The position numbers were made by a program, and so were the translations under genes. The notes beneath the pieces are model-generated. The model was not told the DNA's origin, did no database searches, and saw nothing but the letters and a program-made list of their open reading frames with translations. A stretch of DNA of 64,000 bases. Source: Spirochaetes bacterium GWF1_51_8 (GTDB taxonomy: Bacteria; Spirochaetota; Brevinematia; Brevinematales; GWF1-51-8). Below, piece after piece: positions 16,361-23,619 of the stretch. Numbering within the stretch: position 1 is the stretch's first letter; the number at the start of each line of letters is the position of its first letter. The stretch spans positions 45,041 through 109,040 of the forward strand of contig MIBE01000070.1 in the NCBI GenBank assembly GCA_001829415.1. Direction: 5' to 3'.

Positions 16361-17246
16361 TGGAAAGCTTTTCCAGAACGGTATAGCCCCGGAAACGGCC
16401 GCGCTTATCGAACAATTCTTTGACCACGGCGAAATTTCCCGAGCCGACGTAATATATCTTCCTGCCCTTCTGCTGAAGGTCGGGTTTTTGCTTCTGGAAC
16501 TCGCCCACAATACAGTCGAAATGCGCGTATTGTCCGGTAGGTTCGTGCTTCAAGGCGTAGATCAAGCCCTCGATCGGTTTCTCGCAGAGCGGGCAGATAT
16601 GCTCTTCTTTTTCAAGTTCCTGTATCTTCTTGCTGGCTTCGAGCCCGTTCAGGCCGAGCTGGTCTTTGATCTCGTCGGAAAGATTGACCGGCGGGTAGAT
16701 TTTCCTCGGCGGTTCCTTACGGGTCAGGTCGGTGCGGCCGTCGCGGTTCTGCGGGGGACGGAAGCCTCCGCCCTGCTGCTGCGGGCGGTTCTGGCCCTGG
16801 GGCTGTCCCTGTTGGGGCCTGTTCTGGTTCTGTCCCTGCGGACGAGGGCCTTGCCCTTGCGGGCGGTTCTGGCTCTGGGGCTGTCCCTGCTGGGGTCTGT
16901 TCTGGTTCTGTCCCTGCGGACGAGGGCCTTGCCCTTGCGGGCGGTTCTGGCTCTGGGGCTGTCCCTGTTGGGGCCTGTTCTGGTTCTGCCCCTGCGGACG
17001 AGGGCCTTGCCCTTGCGGGCGGTTCTGGCTCTGGGGCTGTCCCTGCTGAGGCCTGTTCTGGTTCTGTCCCTGCGGGCGGCTTTGACCCTGAGTCTGAGGC
17101 TGTGCCGGGGGTTGTGCCTGTCCCTGCTGAGGCGGCTGGGGCGCGCCTGTTTCGTCTATCGGCCCGTCCTGTCCGTCGGGGCGGTGATGGTAATGCGGCT
17201 TGCCCTGCGGCGAAAGAGGCCGGTGTCTTTTTTTATTAAACGACAT
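16344..17246 (-). CDS. Q/G/P/N-rich repeat protein with a C-terminal CxxC...HxxC domain, function unknown
   Basis: 300 aa, with an AGGAG RBS and a consensus promoter on the minus strand. Tandem 26-aa units 'PQGQNQNRPQQGQPQSQNRPQGQGPR'. C-terminal 'HICPLCEKPIEG...YAHFDCIVGEF'. Confidence 0.7.
   Translation of the reverse strand: MSFNKKRHRPLSPQGKPHYHHRPDGQDGPIDETGAPQPPQQGQAQPPAQPQTQGQSRPQGQNQNRPQQGQPQSQNRPQGQGPRPQGQNQNRPQQGQPQSQNRPQGQGPRPQGQNQNRPQQGQPQSQNRPQGQGPRPQGQNQNRPQQGQPQGQNRPQQQGGGFRPPQNRDGRTDLTRKEPPRKIYPPVNLSDEIKDQLGLNGLEASKKIQELEKEEHICPLCEKPIEGLIYALKHEPTGQYAHFDCIVGEFQKQKPDLQQKGRKIYYVGSGNFAVVKELFDKRGRFRGYTVLEKLSNEPKE
16781..17075. repeat. 78-bp tandem repeat, about 3.8 copies, inside the Q/G/P-rich gene
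   Basis: Units start at 16781, 16859, 16937 and 17015, with 2-3 differences per unit. The fourth unit diverges after about 17073. Confidence 0.9.
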
Positions 17247-17266
17247 TGTTTTGCTCCTGATGTACT

Positions 17267-17295
17267 ATTATAATAGCTTTCGTCGATTTTTGCAA
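17267..17295 (-). promoter_or_regulatory. sigma70-type promoter of the Q/G/P-rich gene / recO unit
   Basis: On the minus strand: TTGCAA (17295-17290), 17 nt, TATAAT (17272-17267). Confidence 0.6.
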
Positions 17296-17342
17296 ATCGC
17301 CCGCGGTCAAGTTGCCCGACTTATTTCCGGGAACGCTCTTAT

Positions 17343-17371
17343 TTGACAAAAAAGAGGTAAGGGCTTAAATT
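17343..17371 (+). promoter_or_regulatory. sigma70-type promoter of the DUF4349-like gene
   Basis: TTGACA (17343-17348), 17 nt, TAAATT (17366-17371). Sits back to back with the divergent promoter at 17267-17295. Confidence 0.6.
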
Positions 17372-17393
17372 GAATGCCGCTAAGGAGGACTTC

Positions 17394-18320
17394 ATGAAAG
17401 CAAAAATTATCAAGGGTCTCATCTATCTTGCGATAGGTTTCGCGGCTTTATTTGTTATCCGTTTGATTTACGGATTCGCGACCGGTGAAAAAACCGGGGT
17501 GCAGAGTTCCCAGTACTATCTCCCCGCGGGCTATGCCAATAACGAGATGACGATTCAGTCGGGGTCTTCCGGATCGAGTTTCTATATGGAGAAGAACTTC
17601 GCCGGCGAGAAGATGATGAAAAATCAGACCGATAATGCCGGGAACACCGTACAGGTGGAGATCGAGCAGAAATATGAAATGATCGCCAATATGGAACTGA
17701 AGAGCTCCGATTTCCCGGCGGACGAGAAGAAAATGAGAGACTTGTCGGCGTCCAACGGCGCGATCATTCAGTACGAGAGTATGCAGGGCTTGCCGGGTTC
17801 CCGCCAGCTTCAGCTTGTGATCGGCGTACCGCCGGAAAAGTTCGATTACATCGTGAAGCAGTTCCAGGGTATCGGCAAGGTGAAAAACCTTTCGATCAAT
17901 AAGTACGACAAGACGAGCGAGTATAACGACCTCATGGTGCAGAAACAGTCGCTCGAAACGATGCGCGAATCGCTTGTGGCGCTCAAGTACCAGAAGGGAA
18001 GCATTAAGGAAATGATCGAGCTCCAGCAACAGATTCTCGAGGTCGAAAAATCGATCCGCACTTTGGGTGTCAGCATCGGCGAATTCGCCGAGGAGAACGA
18101 GTTCTGCACCGTCGAAGTGACGTTAAGCGAAGGCAGCGGCGTATTCCGTATCATTTTCGCGGTCGTGCTCTTGTCGCTGGAATGGGCATTCTGGGTATAC
18201 TTCGGCATCCTCGGATTAGGCGCGGTCGCCCTTTTCGTGGTGTTCATCATAGTCAAGATCATGGAGAAGACCGGTTTCCTTTTCAAGCTGAGCGGGGCGA
18301 AAACCGAAGAAAAAAAGTAG
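17394..18320 (+). CDS. DUF4349-like membrane-anchored coiled-coil protein
   Basis: The start follows an AAGGAGG RBS. N-terminal TM, central coiled coil 'EYNDLMVQKQSLETMRESLVALKYQKGSIKEMIELQQQILEVEKSI', and two C-terminal TM helices. Confidence 0.65.
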   Translation: MKAKIIKGLIYLAIGFAALFVIRLIYGFATGEKTGVQSSQYYLPAGYANNEMTIQSGSSGSSFYMEKNFAGEKMMKNQTDNAGNTVQVEIEQKYEMIANMELKSSDFPADEKKMRDLSASNGAIIQYESMQGLPGSRQLQLVIGVPPEKFDYIVKQFQGIGKVKNLSINKYDKTSEYNDLMVQKQSLETMRESLVALKYQKGSIKEMIELQQQILEVEKSIRTLGVSIGEFAEENEFCTVEVTLSEGSGVFRIIFAVVLLSLEWAFWVYFGILGLGAVALFVVFIIVKIMEKTGFLFKLSGAKTEEKK

Positions 18321-18404
18321 CCGGAAGAAGCCCAATCTAACTCATTCGACGGTACTCATTTAAGAATTAAAGGCGAAATACCGATTCATATATAAGGAAA
18401 ACCT

Positions 18405-19616
18405 ATGGATCGGTTCGAAGAAGACCTTTTTCAGCTTAAAAAACGGAAAAATCCGTTATGGACGCAGACATCGGAGACGGAAAAGCAGAATCTTCCGCTC
18501 AGGAAGATCATCCTGAACGCCGTGCTTGTTTTATGCGCGGCGGGCGTCCTGATTGTGAACGGCATGATTATCCTGAACGCGCTCGACGGCGATAGCCCGT
18601 CGAAGAAATACGCTTACGGCGATAAGTTCGACCCGTACACGAACCAGACGATCGACGATATTTTCAGCGGGATCAACGGGCGTATCCCGATCCTGATGTA
18701 CCATAACTTCGTGACCCCGGCGAATACTCTCCAGATCGGGATTATTACTCCCGGGAAGAAGAGGTACTATATTACATCCGACGAGTTCCGGCAGCAGCTC
18801 GAACTGCTGTATAAGGGCAATTTCAGGAACATATCGCTGGACGAGTACCTGTCGCTGATGAAGGGCGAGAAGAAGGCGCTCGACCGTCTGCCGCCGGACT
18901 GCAAGCTCTACGTGCTGACATTCGACGACGCCACCTACGGGCAGTTCGATTTTACCGGGACGGACGTTAACGGGAACCCGAAGATCGATCCCGACTCGGC
19001 GGTGGGGATCATGATCGAGTTTTCCAAGAAGCACCCGGAGTTCAAGCTGAACGCGGCATTCAGTATCGATTTCGAGAACACGCCGTTCCTCCAGCACGAG
19101 TATGTCGAGAAGAAGCTCAACCTGCTGCTCGATTATGGTTTCGAAATCGTGAACCATACCGCGAACCACGAGTACCTCGCGACGTTTTTCCCCGGCCAGA
19201 CAGACAAGATCAACAAGGAGATCGGGAAAGCGATGGAGCTTCTCGAGTCCTATCTCGGGTACAGGGCGAGGACGGTCGATAAGATATGTTATCCCGGCGG
19301 GTACGACAATCCCGCGATGAACGCGTACTTGAAGAAGATCAAATATAACGGCAAGACTTATGAGTTCAGCGCCGCGCTCGACGCGGAAGGACTTCAGGCG
19401 TACAACCCCAACGATTACCGTTTCGACCCGTTCGATATCGCCCGGATCGAGATCAATCCCGGGGATTTCGATATCTTCGTCCTGAACGCCCCGGGCTTGT
19501 TCGTGACACCGAGCGTGCTCGGGCAGAAGAACGGCAAGACTACGGTAAAAGAGAAATCGTTCGAACTGATCCCGGAAGAAGCCGCCGGGAGTAATATGAC
19601 TGAACAGTTGCAGTAA
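18405..19616 (+). CDS. Polysaccharide deacetylase (NodB-homology) with N-terminal membrane anchor
   Basis: 'LTFDDATYGQF' (TFDD motif) and 'HTANHEYL' (HxxxH motif). Confidence 0.8.
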   Translation: MDRFEEDLFQLKKRKNPLWTQTSETEKQNLPLRKIILNAVLVLCAAGVLIVNGMIILNALDGDSPSKKYAYGDKFDPYTNQTIDDIFSGINGRIPILMYHNFVTPANTLQIGIITPGKKRYYITSDEFRQQLELLYKGNFRNISLDEYLSLMKGEKKALDRLPPDCKLYVLTFDDATYGQFDFTGTDVNGNPKIDPDSAVGIMIEFSKKHPEFKLNAAFSIDFENTPFLQHEYVEKKLNLLLDYGFEIVNHTANHEYLATFFPGQTDKINKEIGKAMELLESYLGYRARTVDKICYPGGYDNPAMNAYLKKIKYNGKTYEFSAALDAEGLQAYNPNDYRFDPFDIARIEINPGDFDIFVLNAPGLFVTPSVLGQKNGKTTVKEKSFELIPEEAAGSNMTEQLQ

Positions 19617-19641
19617 GAATTCAATCCATGAGGCGGGGTAG

Positions 19642-20886
19642 ATGAACGGACAGGAAAACAAATTTAAGATCGTGCGCTTCCAAAAGGGCAGCTTTCCTAT
19701 TATCGAGAACCAATCCACCGACGACTATTTCTTTATTATCAAACAGGGACAGGTGCGGCAGTTTACCAACAAACTCGTGATCGGAGCGCAGAACGAGCTG
19801 ATTCTCAAGGAAGGCGACTTCTTCGGGGTGATCTCGTGTATGGCGAAACGCCCCCGGCTCCATTCGATCGAAATGCTCGAAGATACCCTCGCGATCATGG
19901 TCAGGCGCGAGGATTTCAACTACCTGATCGAGAAGAACGCGCCTATCGCGATGAAGATACTCCGTTACTTCAGCAAACAGCTCCGTTATTTCAACGCCAT
20001 TCTCACCGAACTCTCGCTGAAGTCTTACACGGCGGAAGACCCGATCCATCTTTTCGACCTCGGCGAATACTACAGTTCGCTCAAAATGCAGTTCAATCAC
20101 GCGGCTTACGCGTTCATCCAGTATGTCAAACACAACCCCGAGGGGAAGTACGTCCCTATCGCGAAGTCCAAGCTCTCGAAGATTGTCGCGAGCTACAAGG
20201 ACAAGCTCCGGCTCGAACCGCGCCGCGAGGAAAACTATTACTATATCTACCAGGACTCGCAGATCATCTTTCTCGAGCACGAGCTCGGGAATATGCTGTA
20301 TATCATCCAGGAAGGCGAGGTGAAGATCACCAAGGTCGAGCAGCAGCAGGAAGTGCTTTTGAACATCCTGAAACCCGGCGATATATTCGGCGAAATGGCG
20401 ATTCTCGAGAACAAGCCCCGCAACGCTACGGCCGTGGCGTCGGGAACGGTAAAAGTGATGGCGGTATCGCGCGAGAACTTCCCGGCGATTGTCGCCGCGC
20501 ATCCTCAGATCGCGACTAAGATCATCACCCTTCTCTCCGAACGGATCTGGTTTATCCACAGGCATATCATGAATATGCTGATCGCCGATCCGGAAACCCG
20601 TCTCTACGACGCGTTCAATATCCTGATCCTGAAGGGCAGGGTAAATATCGCGCAGGGCGGAAGTTATGTTTTCGACGTGGGTTTCGACGACATGCTGAAA
20701 TTCACCGGGCTGGAAAAAAACGCCAACGGTTCCGGCACATTGCGGAACATTCTCGACACCGATAAATCGTTCGGGATGAAGGACGGCAAGATTGTCTGCC
20801 GCGATCTGAAAAAGCTCGAACAGAAGATGAACATTATCCGGCGGAATCTCGAGGTGATGAATAAGTCCAAGAACTCGCTGTTATAG
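19642..20886 (+). CDS. Protein with two cyclic-nucleotide-binding domains
   Basis: 'GDFFGVISCMAKRPRLHSIEM' and 'GDIFGEMAILENKPRNATAVA' are phosphate-binding-cassette-like motifs. The C-terminal ~130 aa are unassigned. Confidence 0.8.
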   Translation: MNGQENKFKIVRFQKGSFPIIENQSTDDYFFIIKQGQVRQFTNKLVIGAQNELILKEGDFFGVISCMAKRPRLHSIEMLEDTLAIMVRREDFNYLIEKNAPIAMKILRYFSKQLRYFNAILTELSLKSYTAEDPIHLFDLGEYYSSLKMQFNHAAYAFIQYVKHNPEGKYVPIAKSKLSKIVASYKDKLRLEPRREENYYYIYQDSQIIFLEHELGNMLYIIQEGEVKITKVEQQQEVLLNILKPGDIFGEMAILENKPRNATAVASGTVKVMAVSRENFPAIVAAHPQIATKIITLLSERIWFIHRHIMNMLIADPETRLYDAFNILILKGRVNIAQGGSYVFDVGFDDMLKFTGLEKNANGSGTLRNILDTDKSFGMKDGKIVCRDLKKLEQKMNIIRRNLEVMNKSKNSLL

Positions 20887-20894
20887 CGGGGGTG

Positions 20895-21275
20895 GTGACA
20901 AACTCATTTTGTCATTGTGAGGCTGTCATGGTGAGCACTTGTCCCGCCTTCCACGGCGGGATGCCGAACCACAGCCGAAGCAATCTATCTCATTATCAAA
21001 TATGATTTTATACCGGCTGCTTTTCCTCTCCGTGTCACGCAGTGCCGGAAAACTCTTCATTCTGTGAGTTCGTAAATACTCCACGAAGGGATTGTTGACG
21101 AAGTTGAAATTTTCGCTGTTTTTTGTCACGCGAGCCTGCCTTCTACCGAAGGTAGACAGGGAGCAAAGCGACCTGTCTCCTTCTCCTGAGAAGGAGAAGG
21201 CAGGCAAAGCAGTCTGTATAATTCATATTCCAGTAATTAAATAGATTGCTTCGGCATATGCCTCGCAATGACAAT
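20895..21275. repeat. Family R1 copy 2 plus an inverted R1 half-copy and nested hairpins
   Basis: 20911-20988 ('gtcattgtgagg...gccgaagcaatctat') is the inverted form of the right arm at 21241-21274. The left arm 21123-21135 carries an inserted multi-hairpin, cctgccttct (21135-21144) with agaaggcagg (21195-21204). Confidence 0.8.
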
Positions 21276-21309
21276 GCAAGTTCGTCAACTAGCCCTTAAG
21301 GGAACTTTG

Positions 21310-22488
21310 TTATTTCTTCTTAAGCTTTTCCAGAGCGCGTTCGTAGAAATCTTCCACCGCCCACATCATCCGGTACTCGCCGAAATTGACCATCAGGTTT
21401 TCGCATTCCTTCTTGACCAGGCTCCATTGCTCGGTATACACAAGCGCGAGAAGTTTCTGGTAGAGGATTTCCGGCAGAAATTTATCGTTCTTGAATTGGA
21501 CCGCGCCCTTATCCGCTATCGAGATGACTTCCTGATAGAGAGAGTGCTGTTTATCGGTATCGTTAAAATACTCTTCATAGAGGTCGGCGAGTTCCATCAC
21601 AAGGTTCTGGAGATTCCATGTCGCCTGCGCGGGTGTGTCCCCCTGATAGTAGGCGTAGAACTTTTTAAACGCCGCATCGGGGTCTTTCGCGGATAACTCT
21701 TTATACTCTGGGTCGCCGATGATATCGACAAATGCTTTCCACGGGGTCTCCTGAAGGCGTATCTGCATCTGGTGTATTTTGTAGTACTTATCGTTGATCT
21801 CTTTCTGGTAACGCATCTGTTTGAAGTCGAGAAGGAATTTGTAGGAATCCTCGATCCCCTCGTAGGGTTTGAGATAGTTCGGGTCGAGTTTGCTGGCTTC
21901 CTGGAACTTCTTCAGCGCTTCTTCGGCGATCCCCAGATCGAGCAGGTCGAGTCCCTCGTAATACGTCTTCACCGCGTCGAAGGAATACGCCATCGGCTGA
22001 GCGAGCGCGACAGGCTTCTTGATCCCCATCGCGGTCAGAACCTTGCCCGCCAGTTCGTTCTGGACGACCAGAATGTTCTTCACCACACCCGACGACGAGA
22101 ACGTGCCGACAATCTTGCCCGATTCGGAATCGGTGATCTTGCCGTCGATCCGCACCGAACTGCCGTTGACCACGAACGAGCCGTAGACGAGCTTTTTAGC
22201 GTTGAGCATCTGCCCGATCTTCACCGCCTCGTCCTCGTCCACCAGTCCAGCGAGCACGAGCTTCTGCTCCTGGATAATCTTCTGCATATTCTCACGCTCG
22301 ACTACCTCGATCTCCGACGATTCAGAGATGTCGGTGATGAGCATATCGGCGATGGCCTTACGGAGCCATTCGTAATCCTTATTTCCGGTCGTGTTGTCGA
22401 AGTACAACACCGAGATGACGTCCTTCGCGGACATCTGCGAAACGGGAACAAGAGATAATAGAACAAAAACGGCGAGTATTTTTTTCAT
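21310..22488 (-). CDS. Exported protein with a CsgG/LpoB-like N-terminal domain and helical C-terminal half
   Basis: The start follows an AAGGAGAAG RBS. Signal peptide 'MKKILAVFVLLSLVPVSQMSA'. 'VLYFDNTTGNKDYEWLRKAIADMLITDIS...VVERENMQKIIQEQKL' is CsgG/TolB-N-like. Confidence 0.7.
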   Translation of the reverse strand: MKKILAVFVLLSLVPVSQMSAKDVISVLYFDNTTGNKDYEWLRKAIADMLITDISESSEIEVVERENMQKIIQEQKLVLAGLVDEDEAVKIGQMLNAKKLVYGSFVVNGSSVRIDGKITDSESGKIVGTFSSSGVVKNILVVQNELAGKVLTAMGIKKPVALAQPMAYSFDAVKTYYEGLDLLDLGIAEEALKKFQEASKLDPNYLKPYEGIEDSYKFLLDFKQMRYQKEINDKYYKIHQMQIRLQETPWKAFVDIIGDPEYKELSAKDPDAAFKKFYAYYQGDTPAQATWNLQNLVMELADLYEEYFNDTDKQHSLYQEVISIADKGAVQFKNDKFLPEILYQKLLALVYTEQWSLVKKECENLMVNFGEYRMMWAVEDFYERALEKLKKK

Positions 22489-23530
22489 CGGCTTCTCCTT
22501 TTTAATAATATATATCTTAACCTGTATCGGCGCGGGTATCAAGATTTTCGGGTATCATATAGTACGGGGATGGTCCGGGCCGGTAACCTCATAAGGGATT
22601 TTGCGTCTCGGCGGTTGTTCAAATCTGCTCAACCTACAGTGAGGCTGTTGAATTATTCGTGTGCCTTCGTGTTCATTCGTGGATGCATTGCCCTAGTGCT
22701 TCTTGCGACTTCATATATTTGCGGTCATGCCTTTTTCTCGGTGTCCTTGGTGTTTTCTGTGGCAAGCCTTCGACATCCCGTGGAGGATCACGGGACGAGC
22801 GTTCAGGTTGACGTTTTTACTTCCGCGCTAATCCGTTCAATCAGCGTGAATCGGTGATTAATTGGGATAATATAATTGCCTTATATAATACACTATGAGG
22901 CCGCAGATACTTCGACTTCGCTCAGTACAAGTAAAGCGGATACTCTCCGCATTTTCCTCTGCGCCTCCGAGTCTCTGCGGTAGCTCTTCCGGCTGTTCAG
23001 ACAGAAAAATACAAAAACCGTACCGCAGAGACGCAAAGACGCAGAGACGTCCCCGCTGCGTGAGGACAAGCAAAGACCGCGGAGAAAAAAAATACAGTTC
23101 GCGCGGAGTACCCCTCGATTTACTCGGGGCAGGCACGGTGATGCAAAGCAGACTCTGTTGAAAGAGAGACCTAACTCCTTCTCTCTGCGTACTCTGTGTG
23201 AAATCTTCGATTTGGCGCGGGTCTCAATTCGTGTGCATTCGTGTTTATTCGCGGATAGATTTCCTTCCCGCCGGGGACGCTTGCCCATCGGTTGTGCGGG
23301 GTGTCGAAGGTGTTCTCACGGAGTATAACAACTCATTCGCTCTCTATGTCTCTTCGTCTTTGCGGTCAATTCCCGCAGTGCCTTTATGTTTTTACGTTTG
23401 TTCAAATCCGTGATAATCCGTTGAATCGGCGAGAATCCGCGCGCTATTGGGGTTAAAATTGATACCCCAATTTAACACGGATTGCACGGATTACGAAGGT
23501 TTACACGGATATGAATATTACGCAGGATAT
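22489..23530. repeat. About 1.0 kb of intergenic patchwork of repeat modules (no credible CDS)
   Basis: Modules are shared with 4555-5235 and 50556-51130; see the findings for coordinates and identities. ORFs here lack an RBS and known motifs. Confidence 0.75.
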
Positions 23531-23612
23531 CTAAGGCTTGGGCAACTGGGGCGCTGGAGGAGCGGGCTCGTCGTGCAGTATGGATTTTCCGTCGGGGAGT
23601 TCTCCTCGACGG
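23531..23612 (-). repeat. Divergent tandem duplicate of the 3' end of the GlgD-like gene
   Basis: The minus strand reads 'LPDGKSILHDEPAPPAPQLPKP*' against the gene end 'IPDGKSILHDEPTPPTPPQLPKA*' (23620-23691). Each has its own stop codon. Confidence 0.85.
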
Positions 23613-23619
23613 AGCAAGA

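Noticed and set aside
16335-17273. 312-aa plus-strand ORF (Leu/Arg/Ala-rich) covering the whole 78-bp repeat region
   Set aside because: It is the antisense shadow of the minus-strand Q/G/P-rich gene. The minus strand has the consensus promoter (17295-17267), an AGGAG RBS, a structured Cys/His C-terminal domain and a coupled overlap with recO. The plus-strand ORF has no RBS and starts inside recO.
18531-19718. Very long antisense ORFs mirroring real genes. Examples: 18531-19718, 32436-33620, 55830-56873, 40975-42102, 41969-43042, 23947-25065, 19621-20565, 7369-8196, 44176-45096, 38910-39827, 37958-38686.
   Set aside because: Each lies opposite to, or in an alternate frame of, a gene with unambiguous family motifs (deacetylase, flgL, GreA, oxidoreductase subunits, mtnA, hydG, proC, ABC-2 permease). 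Their translations are Arg/His/Asp/Leu-rich low-complexity sequence without motifs or an RBS. Such stop-poor antisense frames are expected from the codon bias of ~55% GC genes.
22570-23288. ORFs of 60-130 aa inside the repeat patchworks: 4577-4813, 4636-4833, 6007-6330, 6126-6389, 20926-21207, 22570-22857, 22858-23136, 22893-23288, 23447-23740, 37323-37514, 50655-50867, 50876-51127.
   Set aside because: They overlap each other on both strands, lack an RBS, and consist of translated palindromic repeat modules (for example 'EPFDFAQDK' and 'RRDAKTQRR'). The nucleotide-level repeats explain them better than coding does.
23395-23415. tRNA-like T-loop strings ('gttcaaatcc' at ~23399 and 'gttcaaatct' at ~22618)
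   Set aside because: Neighbouring sequence cannot be folded into acceptor, D and anticodon arms. No other tRNA hallmarks are present, and these strings are part of repeat modules.
22489-23619. Possible CRISPR array, because of the many short repeated segments
   Set aside because: There is no single repeat of constant length at regular spacing. The modules are heterogeneous, partly inverted and shared with distant loci, and no cas genes are in the window.
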